From the NCBI GenBank assembly GCA_965285935.1, contig OZ260661.1, forward strand, positions 51,398,001-51,462,000: a DNA stretch of 64,000 nucleotides, in the 5' to 3' direction. The notes beneath the pieces are model-generated. The model had not been told where the DNA came from, did no database searches, and was given only the letters and a program-made list of their open reading frames with translations. This stretch comes from Ophelia neglecta (taxonomy: Eukaryota). Both the position numbers and the translations under genes were made by a program. Below are positions 49,203 through 63,080 of the stretch, in pieces (the stretch's first letter is position 1; every line of letters begins with the position of its first letter).

Positions 49203-52200
49203 GTTGTACGCAATTTATTATATATCTTCGGTGTCCGGCAAATAACCCTACAAATTTAGAAGATGTTTCCATAACGAAGATCAAAAAGACGTATTTGACA
49301 GTTGAACTGAAGAATTGAACAGGTAACTGTTTGGCGATTTTAATTTAAACAATTTATCAATTCAAACGATGACTGTTTGAATTTTAATTGTTCTAGCATG
49401 CAGTGTGGGAATATGTCAAGTGGTGGTCTCTTAATTATTTACCGCAATTTACACGTCTTTTAAAATCGCTTGACAAAGATAGATCACAAGACAGCCTTGC
49501 TCTCAATTGGCAAAAATACTGCCTCAGTTCAACAAGAGTAAGCTTTCAGTTTTGTCACGTTTTTTAATTGGAAAACAGCGTCCCCCTCCAGCCACCTGAC
49601 TAATTAAGAGCCAAACAAAGAGCGAGCAACTCGGCCCAAGCGTGCCCACAAAACATCAAACGTCACCACTATTATGACAAACCGTCTATTAATCATTTAG
49701 CAAAGAGTGATAAATCAAGATGGCAGCCCTAAGGCAAGCAAGCCTTGCTGATGGCACGGTAGTTTATCTTCTATGGCGTAAGGGGTCTCGATATAGCCTG
49801 GCGTGTCTGCAAAGGGATTGAATGACGCCACTTGTTTCTTTTTTATTGGTGATAATAACCATTGCTTTTACTTTAAGATGACCGATAGCTTTAGATTTCT
49901 AGGCATATAAAAACGGAATAAGTTTATTTATAGGCCTTACCAATGGATCATGAGTGTTTCTTTTACTTAACATCCTAACTGGAATATTGTTGTGGCGTGG
50001 CGCAGTCTTGCCCTTTTCATGCTTTATTGTTATTTGATGTTATTGCAACCCCGTTTACACGCATGGTCTCGCCTAATCCTTCTGTTGAGTTTGAGAATAT
50101 TATGACTAGGAAGTTTGTTAAAAAATTCATCTACTTACATTCTGGCGCTTAGTTTGTTCCCCGGTGTGTCCAAATCCATCAGAGCTGCGCAGCTTTCCGG
50201 ATTAAACTAGTTAGAATAATAAGCGCATTTTTATCAAAAGGTTTCCACTAAAAGGTGGATCTTATAATTTGCACGTCATTGATAATCAACGAGTTTACTA
50301 CTTCGCTGCATGAATGCAAGAAACAGAGCGCTAGCCAATCAGAGCCGGGCTATGAACGAAATAAATCGAGAAGGAAAATGGATATAATCATTTTTGTCTA
50401 GCTTTCAATGCTTAAGAAACCTGACGTCTCGGAATGTGTCAGTGTTAAACTTTCAGAATGTCCAACGCTTCTGTTTAGGCTTCATACATTAGAAAGTCTA
50501 TGTTCTAAGCGTTGTCACTTACGCAATGGGAGAGTGACAAGCTTAGAGAGAGACCCACTATGTAAGCCAATCCGTATAACCCTTACTTTACAGGCTCGGC
50601 GTACTTAATGCTTTAAACATAACAGTCAATGATTGGAGTCCGCTATAAATCAACAGTCTGATTATTATTATATCTACGTTATTTGGCAGTGGGTAACATG
50701 CCTTCGTTTTAAAGTTTCAGCGACACCCAAGGATTTAAAATGAATTGTCTTATTGCTTTCTCGAGTGCTGTCTGTCAGAAAGTCGCCATTTTGACAGTTC
50801 TGCTTCCAAAGCTAAGTTTTAATCAACACATGGGCTAGACGCTTGCTTAGCTAACACGGCTGTCTTAGCTTAACCGGTGAATTTATCATACAACTGTAGA
50901 ATGCTACACGTATAGGCCTAGTAATAAAGCCACTAATAACTGCGGCCTTGGCTCACAGCTGCTCAGGGTTTTTTTTACTATAGAAAGGGATTTTTTCACG
51001 TGTCCTCCGCGCACATTACGGCATCACGACAGAAAATGGGAATAGATAGCGGGACAAACACAAACATACACTATGGATCGCGAGAAAAACCATTACTTAG
51101 GACGCCCAGTGCTTTGTTATATATATAAGATACGTCCCCTGAATACTTTAACAAATATAGTTTTCCTCAGATTTCAACTGTCCATGGTAAGTGTAATTGG
51201 TGATTATACTCCGATAAATAATTGTATATAGGTTAAAGTTTGAGTTCAGCACTAGGCCTATTACGTCGGATTAGGTGGGGATTCGATCAAGGGGAAGCCG
51301 TGATTGACTCACCAACTTATCAGATGTAATGGAGTTGAACGGAAAGTTTGACCGATTTTCCATTGAAGACTAAATTGTTCCGAAGTTTCGTAACTTTGCT
51401 GGTCTTCCCAAGTTCAATAGATACAGAGATTAATATACCGAGAGATTGAAATCAGGGCTCTCGGTCGCACGGAGTTAGTCGCGGTTTGCATATGCTAATG
51501 AGCTGCGAATCAGGTCACACATACTCATCTATAATACACTGGGAAGCAATTTTGACAGGAGACTTGTTGATTATTGCCGACAAGCCACGACATAAAGATG
51601 TATCATCATGACAAATGTCACCTGTCAGCAATCTGGCAAGCACGTGGTATTAGTGTCAGATCGATACCAATATGTTAAGAGTCAAAATGGGGCACAAAAT
51701 GAGCTCGTTAGCGATTAACCTATTACCATTTGCGCAATGTATATAAGGAGGACCCGATTCTTATCTCTCTGTATATACATCACTGATAGATACACTTTAA
51801 TACGGCCATACCATGTGCAATCATGGATGACGACTGATTGCTTACGGTATTATTATTTATTCGTTTAGTCTTTACTTTCAAATGAGAGTCATATACCAGT
51901 ATATTACAAGTATATTGTATACTGATGTTAAGAGATATTCTACTAGGTTAGTGATCATCATGTGTTGATAGTGCTAGCAGTGTACCTTGGGATAACCAGC
52001 GGTTACAAAGGAAAAAACTTTAGCCTGGAGGGATGGCTTAACTAAGCAGCCAGTCACAGAATAATTGCCGTCCATCCGGATATTTTACAGTCTGCATGTC
52101 GGCCTTAAGGTTAATTTCCAACAATACAAGATGGTCACAAGATTGACTACATTTTCTGAATATTCGCTGCGAAAACAAAGAGCAGGCAAAAACATGAAAT

Positions 52201-52803
52201 TCCTGAAATTTGTAACGATGACATTAATTGGAACTCTTATGTAACCAACTGGATTGACTTATTGAGAAGTCACATTACGGCCTTTGGTATGCAAGAATTT
52301 CTCGTGACTGAAGGTAGCAGATTTATCCCGTAGAAAAGTAACATAAGGTTCAAGCGGCATATTTGGATCATTGTTAACATTTGGTTTATTTGATATATAA
52401 AGGTTAAAGTTTGATTTCTGCACTAATGCCTCGCTTAAGGTGTTGGGTTAATCGACTAATTATTTCGTATCTATCTAGCAATTCTAGTAATGTTAGCTCG
52501 TGACCGAAAATTGTGGCGTGCTATTTATAATTTGGAATGCCTTGATGCCGAAATGACGCAAGATATAATGCTTATGGCTATAAAATTCTTCCCCTTTAAA
52601 CTACCCCCCCCCCCTTTTTTTTTAAGCAAGCGCCATCGCTGGTCGGACTGTCAAATAAATCGACTAGGGGTTAATTTGTTCAAGTTGTTGAGCTACATCG
52701 AGTTGGTACAAGGCGTTTTTTCCATGGCTCGCCCAGCCATTGTGATAAATTTAAACAAAATTATCCATTATCCCGCTGAAAAACAATATTCCGTTTGTGC
52801 GTA

Positions 52804-53139
52804 ATTACAACCAACCTAAGATTATGGCAGAATCAATTTTCAATTGACGTTTTTATATAATCAATTGCAAGTGTCGTGCCGGGCCTTCATTGGTAGACCA
52901 GGCATGTTAGCGTCATAATCCGATTCACGCTGATTTGTCAACTTGAAACGTGATGCTCACCATGTTGTGTGACGTCATAAGCTACCACAATGAGCGTCAC
53001 AATGTCATTAGCTTCGACCAATCAACATACAAAGGCTAATGACGCTAAACAGCCGTTCTACCAATGAAGGCAGGACACGTCACTTGTAATTGATTATGTA
53101 AAAATTGATTCTCCTATAATTGTATAGGTTGGTTGTAAT
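52804..53139. mobile_element. Palindromic MITE, ~336 bp, long imperfect TIRs
   Basis: ATTACAACCAACCTA...TAGGTTGGTTGTAAT termini; arms pair inward through GCCTTCATTGGTAGA/TCTACCAATGAAGGC and TTAGCGTCAT/ATGACGCTAA. Confidence 0.8.
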
Positions 53140-53649
53140 ATAGGCTGCTTATACACAAGACTGAAATAATAAGACATACACAGAAGTGCATGTATGTACA
53201 ACAACAAAAATGTGGGTTGTATTGCTATACGACAAAACATACAGTGTCAATCAATATCATTATTACGAGATTAAAAACGAATTATACTTGAGTTAGTGTA
53301 GATATTCAGAAGCAGTGAACAAGAAAGGGTGCCACGTGTAGTACGTATTAAGTAAGTGTAAACGACTACGCCCTATGTGGTATAACAAAAGTACCCTTCA
53401 GGGTTGATTATTGATTATATAAAATGCCTCCAATGAATATGAGCTTGGTGTAAGGCAATTAAAATGCTCTTGGACTTGGACAAACAAATAAACACGGCGC
53501 CCTAGATTTAACGGAACTCTCTGGTCCAGGGACCCGCAGCCATCAAAGGATGTCTGGACGCAATAACGGATCAAGTGAGGTAATGTTGCTTTGTCTAATA
53601 TGTGGCAGCTGAACTGTTTTTTCTTTCACCCTGACAGGCGTTTCAGTTA

Positions 53650-55140
53650 TTTTATAATCATAATAATAGTGGCTTTTATGAAGCGCTCCTGTCATCGTAT
53701 ATGAGGTGAAAGGCGTTTAAAACTAAAACCATTTACATCAAACTTCAATAGGAATCGAATAAGATTTACAAACAAAGCGAATTTAATAACAGAACTATTA
53801 AGAAAGTAACGGCACATATTTATTTCCGGCCAATCAGCAATTAAAGGCGAGCCTAAAGAAATGAGTCTTTAACCTGGATTTGGTGGTTTCAACTGATTCC
53901 ATAAATCCTAGTTTGCTTGGCAACTGTTTCCCGGCAGAGCTTAGGCCAAAAATGGAGAAAAACTATATCAACAGCAGTGACAACTCGCGGCCTAGGTTCC
54001 TTGAGAAGATGTTCTGACTCGGACCTAAGTAGCTTACAAGGTTTGTTAACTATAAGAAGTTCTGAAATGTACAGTGGAGACAGGCCATGCAGTGCCCTGA
54101 ATATCAGAAAGATCGTTTTGGACTTGACCCGAGAGGCGACAGGATGCCAGTGCAGCTCGCACGGGAAAGGTCTGTAATTCTTCAAGTTTTTGGCGTCTAA
54201 GTCAGGTTTCTTCAGAAGGGGAGATACGACTGTCATCTTCATAGCAGACTGTACGTCTCACAATGTTATTAAGGAGGAGTTTATTAAAAGGGTGAAATTG
54301 GGCAATACAGTACACACTGCCTGTTTGAAAAGCCAAGTAGAGACTGGATCAAGGCAGCATGTTGATGATGGTGATTGGCGAATTATTTTGTTTTCTCAAT
54401 CTTCTCCTTATAGAAGAGAGAACATTCGTCAGCGAGAGCCTGCATGAGGTGAATCATGTGTCAGATGAGATCGAGGTTTCCTTTATGAACCAGTGTGTTT
54501 ACAACAGACTGGCTTAAGTATTTGAGTCTGCTTCAGCGAATTTTGTATTAAAGTGTTCGTGTTTGGTCTTATCCATCGCTTCCTTTATTTATTCTTGGCC
54601 CGTTTGTGAGTTTACTCGTTCCCAGCCAGCCCGGTATTGGACAGTGTATGCTTGTATAAGCATTTTCCAACTTCTGATGATGCAAATCATCAGTAAACCA
54701 GAGCAGCTGAGGGTTTACAGACACGGTCCGCGAATAAAGGGAAGCATGTGTGTCAAATTATGCCACCAAGGTGAAGTTCAGAGCATTTAACAAATCAGAT
54801 GTGGTAAAGCACCATATTGGAATATTTGCAGCTCGAATATCACTGCTACATTGGGGTATGTCAGTACTTCTCCATTTTCAAGTTTGTAATCTTAAACAAA
54901 CAAAGAATAAAATTGTGATCCGAAATCAGTTCGCCGACCTGTAGTTTTCCAAGAACAGCTTCACAGGTCCTGAATATCACATAATCAAGAATATGGCCCG
55001 ATCTGTGGGTAACACAATGAACCTTTGTTTGAAATTTAGAGAGTCAATTATATCGGAGAATTGTTAGGTATGATTGTCCTCTGGGTTATTCTGGTGGAAG
55101 TTGAAATCTCCAATAATTAGTATTGTTTTCAGTGGTGACA
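53650..55140 (-). mobile_element. Degraded L2 LINE with internal deletion of the RT core
   Basis: Minus strand: GDFNFH (endonuclease), SSTCCLDPVSTWLFK, VSPLLKKPDLDAKNLKNYRP joined directly to ELHWHPVASRVKSK..ALHGLSPLYISELL; TAT-rich 3' tail near 53650. Confidence 0.85.
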
Positions 55141-56829
55141 CATTCATAGTGAAACCATATAAACTCGTCCAAAAACCAGAGGTTTTATCATTAAAAGCCT
55201 TTTATTGGTCGAAAATTTGGTGTGAACTGTTTGTTTTCTGAATGTCCTATCAATAGGGTCATTTTCTGCGACACGAAGCACTCTTCATTCTTCACGGCGG
55301 CAACTGCCCTAGAAAAGCCAACGGTAAGTCGAGAGACGTTTAACAAACCACAATTTCCTTTTGAATTCTGACATGTTGTCTAATAATTGGGGGACATTCC
55401 CACTTTGATCCATGCTTTCGTCGTCACTTCCTGGTAATTATGGATCATCAAAAAAGTGCAAAATGTTTAGAGGTTTTGTGCCAGGAAGGGAATTCGGGTA
55501 ACAAGGTTTCCAAGCATTGTGTATCCCAAAGGAGAAAATCCGACAACTCTGTGTACTGATATATTAGAGTACTTTTCTGTACTTACAAAATGATAATTTG
55601 ATTAGTGCGACATATGTAAAATCCGACGATATACTAATGGATTATACCTATTTCGTAACCAATACATATATCACTTGTAGGAATGACACCTACATATTAA
55701 ACAATGCGCTTACTAGAAATTCTGATTTAGATTGATGTATTACTACCTGAAAGAAAAAAATGACACCCATGCACCCATCTGAACCCAGCGTTCATTTGGT
55801 ACTCCTGCCATTGAGGTGTGGCATATACCGCAAAATGCGTGCTCACAAATAAGAAATATGATGGCCCTAGTACGTAAAGAGCAATTGGAACACCTGAAAA
55901 AGTGGCGTGCTCACTGAGGGGTTAAACCAACCTCGATACAGCAGTACGTTGAATTAAATATTGTGTGGATGACTCTGGAATGGGAATAAAAGGCAGCTAT
56001 GTTTGCGTAGCCTTCTTCAGTTGGCTTCAGTTACATATTTGCCTTTAAACGCATGGCGGTGTAGAGAGGCAGTACATGTACATTAGTCGGTGTCTGTTTA
56101 TTATGTTGTTAATTTTCGAAGGTAGTTGAGTTGATTCGTGCTTTTGGTGCGCTATAGTGCTGAGCCACTATACTGTATAGATCAAAATAGCAGCTTGAAG
56201 AAGCAAGTGGGCTTTTATGTGTTATGTAAAGATGTAAAGGAACCTCTCCGTGTGCTGCCCGAAAAGGGGGCTTCTACGAGCTACAATCTGATCGACGCCA
56301 TCCAGCACGGCTTTAACCTGTCTCGGTGTTATTATATGTAGCTGCAAATACCCAAGCTACAGATTTGAGCGCCCTCAATCCACTTTTCTGGTTCATGTAG
56401 AATTGCTGGGAATGATCTTTCGGTGAGTCCCTCGATTCTAATCAGATGCATGAAAGAGCGCCAATTCATACTGAACCGGATGAGGACTTTTTGCTGACGT
56501 CTTAATTTAAGAGTTACTCATGCCTGCCTCGAGAGCATGGTCTGTTTGATTGCCAGATATGCGTTGCCAACTCTATGGTTTGTTGCTTAGTATGATCATT
56601 TGTTGCCTATCTGCGCCACCCATTTCTTCGTCAAATTTGCTATTTGCTCCATTGCTTCTACCTGCTTAGAAACGGTCGCGATATCGGAATCTCTTGCCAC
56701 ACCGAAAAGAGTCCTAAACCAACGAGACCAATGCCCATTCTGCTCTTGTCTGAAGCAACTTTTCCCATTTCTCCAGGTTAGGGCAGGGCAAAACTGCGGA
56801 CGCCTGTCTCATCCTCAATCGAAACCTCG

Positions 56830-58115
56830 AGCATGTTATCTGTGGTGCAAATCGTGGCATTTATGCTAACAAAACTAAATGTTTGCTCATCAGCAAAAAT
56901 CTGTTCCTTCGCCTGCTTTTCCCTTGATTTTAAACAGTTCTGTACTCGAACTTTCTGAAACAGCTACCTGGGACTCTCACATCAATGACTGTGTTAAAAA
57001 GGCAGCCCTCCTCCGTCTTAACCTTCTAAGACCACTAAAATATAAGTGCTCTGGGAAAGGTCTGGACATGGCTTATAAATCCTTTGTAAGACCATTATTA
57101 GAATATGGCAATATTGTCTTTGATAACTGCGACAACCATTTAGCTTGTAATCATGAAAGTGTAAACTTGTCTGCTGCAAGGCTGGTCTGTGGTGCTCGAC
57201 ATGGCACGTCTCACCAACCTCTTCTTTCTGAAGTCGGTTGGGACTCTCTCAGACCGACGTATTTATTGCAGAATCATGAAACTACGCAATATAGTCTTTC
57301 AGCAGGCACCTCAGTATTTACCGGCGAAAAGTAAATCATCGCCATAATACACGCGCATCTCTTACGTTGAAAATTCCTTTAATGAAGTGTCGAACTGAGT
57401 ATTTTAAAATATCTTTTTTGCCTAAAACAATATCTGAGTGGAACTCCCTGCCTGTTGAAACACAATTATTACCAACTTCCCTCGCTTTCAAACGCAAAAT
57501 AATCCCCACACCTGGTCCACCTCCCGTGTTTTACCTTCTGGGTTCACGCCCTATCACTGTTTGCGTATTACAAATGCGACTCAATTGCAGTGAGTTGCGC
57601 TTCCATTTATACTGTAACCACTGTGTTGAAAACCCACTGTGTGAGTGTGATGAGGACAGCGAGATACCCTTTCATTATTTCTTTTGTTGCTTGAGTTTTG
57701 CGGCTCCCAGGGGCGCCCTGCTGGACTTTTTGCACTTAAATGGTATACCAGTACAAACAATTCATCTGTTAATATTAGATTAATGTCTACCCTTGAAACA
57801 TTTATACAATCTACTAGACGACTATTAAATAATTTGAACCTGTATTCACTATGAACATATAAAGGTAATTTAACGCTATTTTCTATGCAACTGACACGAA
57901 CTATATTAATGGATGATCTGTTTTTTTTCTCTTTTACCTAGACTACTTGGTGTCAGCTTTGCTTCATTCACTTTTTTTCTTTCTTGTTGTAAATAGATTA
58001 AACTTTACTATGTAACCTTATTAAATACGTAATTAATATTAATCTGTATTGTTATTAAGGAGAGACCGCTCCATTAGCCTAGCGCTACTCGGTCAATCCA
58101 AATAAATATGTTTAA
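56830..58115 (+). mobile_element. 5'-truncated CR1 LINE (post-RT C-terminal region and 3' UTR)
   Basis: WDSHIN, YKSFVRPLLEYGNIVFDNC, AARLVCGA..GTSH..L..EVGWDSL, SFLPKTISEWNSLP, C-x-C...HYFFCC; 3' end GGAGAG...AATAAATATGTTTAA. Confidence 0.88.
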
Positions 58116-61100
58116 CCCAACTTTATTTCTGATATTAGCACGAATTTTGCCTTACATATATCCTGGGATTATCTTGAAATTTTATGTCTAGCCACGGTAG
58201 GAGAAAAAAAATATCCTCTGTTTCTTTGCCCTGCCGCTTGGGTGTCTATTATTGTTAACAGTATTCATGGTATATATCAATGTTTTGTCCGGAATAATAG
58301 TACATCCTGTGCGTCATCTGGCATGGGGTCTGTGTCTTGGGGCGTAGGATCGGGATGAGTGCCCGAGTTTGGGGTGTCTTGGGCCAAGCTGCATGACGTC
58401 GGGAATGTCCCTAGCGTCTAGATGGTATTTGTCGTCAGAATCTGTGTCGCCTATCGGTCTGTCTTCCCTGCTTGAGCCTGTTACTGTAGGTGGTGGTTTT
58501 TTATATTTTTGTCTTTGATATTTTGCTTGAAAGTTTTCGGCTCTCATGGGGATAGGAAGTACGATATAGGAGATTAATTAGGAAATTGTCATAGGCATTG
58601 GAAAGTATTCAACAAATAGGAGACAATACCAAAGAAAGAATGACAGATGAACAATATAAAGGTTTAAAAGTAATTTATCTTAAAGTAATGCTTTCAAGCC
58701 ATATAAGATAAAGCCAAGCGGAGGCAGAAGGACCCCAAATCGTGTCATATGTGTTTTAGCAATTTGCATGAACAAAGGAAAGCCGGTAAGATGCATAATT
58801 GGTGATATATACGTGGCTAATTTCGGCACTGTGTGACACAATCAGACTGTCACAAAATTATAAGGTTACCAGATAATTACACATCTTGGATAATAAAAGG
58901 TGATATAAGAAAAAGCTAGGCCTAGATGTCATTTTTCCCTTTTAGGCATATCATCATAACGCGGGTATGATAACACAGGAACGGGAGTGGATACTTGGCT
59001 GAAAAACCACGTCCCGCCTTGAAGAATAATGCACTCTCTCGGCCACATTTATACTGAATAGAAACATCAAACACCAGCTCCATAGCTATTAACTATGTTA
59101 GAAAATACGAAAAGAATATATCAATGGCCAGGTGTGAACACTACCTTTACATAACACGCAGAACCATAGTCAGGACACTCCAGTGGAATGAGTGATCAAA
59201 TGGCTTCCCCTTTTGCCATTTTGTATGATATTTTCTATCAAAGATGTTTAATTGCAATTTTTTTAATTCTTGGAAATATGAAATGTAAATTTTACTTGCG
59301 GTTCAAGGTTAACGTAATTGCCGTGTATCAAACAAAATCTAAGGATGTCGATTTTTAAAGTAGGCTTCACATTCCTTGAACTATCATACGCCCAATCTAT
59401 GTTGATCATGCGTCGTCGATCTTTAGAGGTAGACATTAAGGGCAATACTTCAATTGTCCGTAGAAAAAGGGCGTACAATATGAATTTGTTTCGAGCTTGT
59501 AAATAAATTAGGAGGATCCAAAACAAGCAAGGTACCTCCGATTCAAGAACCACTTTATTATGATCGTTCAAAGATCGCACGATCACACCCTACTACCCCC
59601 CCCCTACCCCCCCCCCCCCCACCCCCAGATAGGAAATAATAAATAATGAGAAATTGAAATTGAAAATGAGAGAAAATATTTTGTCAACGAGTTTTTAATA
59701 CTTTGATGTAAAAGTACACCCTCGCCTCTCCCCCCCCCCTTTCCTGCCCACCCCCACTACCCCTACGGACATGCCTGGTGTGTAACTGACACTAAATTAG
59801 GTAAATTATTTCTGTCTCCCTTCATCCTAGGCTCATCATTTGTGAAAAAAGCACACCGGGTGTGACTTGGTTCTCTCATCTGCTTAGGATTTCCGCTCAG
59901 CTGACCAGAATTGCACGTGCATCGAGGATGATTCGCACTGGAGGTGTCTCTCGGATGTTGTATAAGCTAGGGCAATACGTGCTTAAACGCATTGGAAACA
60001 TCACGGATATAACCCCCTTACATTAGGCTGAAAGAGGCCAAGAGAATCTGTACGTTATATTATGTTCTCCTACATGTCAGTGCGGAACCGATGTTACAAC
60101 ATATTTAATGAATCAATTTCGAAACTGAATAAATACATGAGCAATGATCAGCCTTTTTTTTAGAAAAATGTCAAAAATGCTCAGCACTATAGATGAAAAA
60201 TGTGTTGGGTCCTATATAGGATTTTATAGATGATAATTTAGGCCTATGGGCCTATTTGAATTTATTTTTACAAACCATGCTGGGTTTTTCATTCTAATGT
60301 GTTAAGCAGGATGATAATTCATTCAAGTTTATGTTATGAACATGGCATCATTTGTATCAAGGCTTATAATTATATTAATAGATGCACTAGAAAAGGAAGT
60401 CGGAAAACAATTAGCATGAAGTATTATTAGACCTTATGGTAAAAAATATTCGGACAAATCAGTTAAGCGACATGATGAAAGAAGCCTTACACCACTCACT
60501 GTTAAATATACAGGAGTGGATAAACGACTGACAAAGAAAAATCAATAGGCCTAGAGTTTGGTATTTAGGTATGTGCCTATTGATATTGTTTTCAATCAAT
60601 CAGAGAGGCTCGAATCCGACCTTATCTTTGATTTTCGCCAACACTAACGTAGGGCTTTTAACCTTTTTTTCCGGGGTAGGACAATTAGCTCATTCACGCC
60701 ATACGAGTTTGCCAAGTCGAATATTGCAAATTGTTTTATTGGAGGCTATATTATTTTCGATGTAAATCTTCTTCTTTTAATTTCAAAGCTGGATACAATC
60801 GATTTGGTAGAATTTAAAAACAAAAAAGAAAGTTGCTGCAGCAGCTTAAAATAATTTGTTCACATAACCTGCGTAGCTTACATTCCTGTACTATTAAGAT
60901 AATGTATATTTTAAACTTAATTAGTTTACAGCGGGTAACCCGAAAACCCCTCGAAGTGCACCAAACCTATATCAATAACGACTTTTGATTAAAATGTCGA
61001 CCCCATAGTCATAACAAAATGTATTTTGAGACGTCCCCTTTCAGATGGACCATTTGATATCACCGGGATGGGCGTGGGGGAGATATTTTTTCTCAAACAA

Positions 61101-61851
61101 ACTATATTTTCCTCCCGCAACGATGAAAAAATAATTATCAACACACATGACAAACAATTTTTTATCAAGAAGCTATAGGCCTATAAACCTTTTTTTTTTC
61201 AAAATTATTATTACTTTTCTGACTGCCTATTCAGAGCCGCTCTCGACCTTCGCTGAAATGACCTTTCACATTTCTTTGATTCTGTGTATGCCTACAATAA
61301 GAAAGAGCTTATATTTTCTGTTCTTGGTGATTATTCTATTCCATTCACTGCCTGCCAATGCCTATAAAACACCAGATAGGCCTATCAAATTACCCGACCC
61401 TCAGCCATAAATTAATGAAGAAAAGGTGTGTGTGTGGGGGGGGGGAGGGGGGGTACTCAGCATAAGGTCCGACGGGATGCTCCGAATGAATGGGGTTTTG
61501 CTTCCGCCTTTTTGCAAAATTACATTGGCTTGTCTTTTCCATCTGATGCTCTGCATGGTCACGTAAAGGGTGTCAAAATTGGCTTTCTAACCCCCTCGAT
61601 GATGCCCCCCCCCCTTCACTTAAAAAAGGGGGGGCATCATATGTCTTGCCCCCCCCCCCCCCACTTTTTAATGATGACCCTCTCACTTTTTGCCCTCTCA
61701 AAATGGTGCACATGCAGCAGTGGTCAGAAGCGCATGTCCTCAGTTGGCTTGACCATAATCATATAGGCCTAGTTTCCTGGTTATTTACAAACCCATTACA
61801 CAGCCAAAAATTGAATTTATTCAATGTTTTTTGGCATGTAAAGATCAATGT

Positions 61852-61960
61852 ACAGAGGCGTAGGAAGCGGGGGGGGGGGGGCTGGGGGGGGGGGGGTAAT
61901 GCCCCCCTCCTAATTGAAAAAGTGTGGGGCATCATATGTTTTGCCCCCCCCCCCCAGCCT
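61852..61960 (+). mobile_element. G/C-tract-rich hAT-like MITE end (related segment at ~61600-61670)
   Basis: CAGAGGCGTAGGAAG-(G)n start; GGGGCATCATATGT(C/T)TTGCCCCCC occurs at ~61631 and ~61927. Confidence 0.45.
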
Positions 61961-62359
61961 CTAAAAGGTGTGTGTGTGTGTGTGAGTAGGGGGGTTGCTC
62001 CGCGTTAATGGGGTACCTTTCGTGTTTGAATTATGGCTGAGGTAAGGGGGGGGGGGGGGGGCTCAGAAAATGTTGACCCCATTCACGTGTGTATTTTCTT
62101 CATCTGCCTTAAATACTGTTTAACACTCTCTAGAATAAATTTGCGTATTCACATTTACGCCCCTACAAGATACTGTACACCTGCCCCCATTTTAGACTCA
62201 AAAGTGATCAGAAGCCATTTGACACTTCTGACTTGCCAAACATAATGTAGATATACATTGTTTGTTAGCCTATATGACTTTCTAACCTACCTTTTGCAGG
62301 CCAATAAAAACCTTTTTTTTCGAAGAAATGTCCTTAAAGATTCAAATTTGTTTGATAAA

Positions 62360-62830
62360 GAATCCGAGCAATGACGCAAGCCCATTTCTCACCCACTTAA
62401 GTTTTCTCGCGCCTACTAGACAGCAGCAACGCTTCAGCTTGTAGGTGACGTGCGTCCCGCTGGTGTGGAGCAGACGACGGTGCCAGTCACCGGTGAAAAT
62501 GCCCGATCCCATTGGTCACTTTGGCGCTAGCGCAACGAGTTCGACGCAGTTATCCACAAATAAGGCACACAGAAGTTAAATAATAATCACTCAGGGAAGC
62601 GACGGCCAGTTTTGTCAGTGAGATTTGATTAGAAAAGGCCGCACAACTGGCCCTTGCTCCCGTCTTATCGTAATGAAGATGTGAGAGATTCTCTTAGTGA
62701 ACTGAAAGCAGACATTTACCATCTCCTTCGACTCACCACAGCCCGCTCTGCAGACTAAAGTCAACGCTCCTTTTGCTTACTTTCTTTCGGACGCCGAAAG
62801 AAATTGCCGCAGAAATTGGACACGCCTTTC
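62360..62830 (+). promoter_or_regulatory. Putative CpG-enriched promoter/5' UTR
   Basis: Locally raised GC and CpG content, TGACG CRE-like half sites (62372, 62446) and an inverted CCAAT (~62511), upstream of a candidate first coding exon. Confidence 0.35.
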
Positions 62831-62986
62831 AAAAGCTGACTCTGCCTCGTTGTGTACAAGGAGAAAGAACTTAAGACGGAAAAGATTAACTTTGTAATGT
62901 GCATCTGAAAATATACAAGTCTCTATTTTTCTTCAAGGAGCTCCTGATCTGCAAATCCATTATCGGTTGGCTAGTACAAAAGCGGA

Positions 62987-63080
62987 ATGAAGGCATCTGA
63001 GCTTGCCTTTTATCTTTCACCGGTCATATTGTTGGGTTTATCATGTCGACTACAACTTACGACGGCATCGACAAATCACG
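62987..63080 (+). CDS. Putative first coding exon encoding a signal peptide (secreted or type I membrane protein; remainder outside or unidentified)
   Basis: GGAATG start; MKASELAFYLSPVILLGLSCRLQLTTASTNH followed by phase-1 donor G|GTAACC, the typical architecture of a signal-peptide exon. Confidence 0.5.

Noticed and set aside
55830-55925. piggyBac-like end (GAGGGG-TTAA, repeated GCGTGCTCAC)
   Set aside because: No matching opposite TIR with TTAA was found nearby.
58200-60080. ORFs 58314-58547 and 59263-59586 and an acceptor-led segment near 59830 as exons
   Set aside because: No consistent phase-compatible exon chain and no recognisable family; stops occur in the plausible frames.
61428-62245. 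Gly/Pro-rich ORFs near 61.4-62.2 kb
   Set aside because: They result from G/C homopolymer tracts in MITE remnants.
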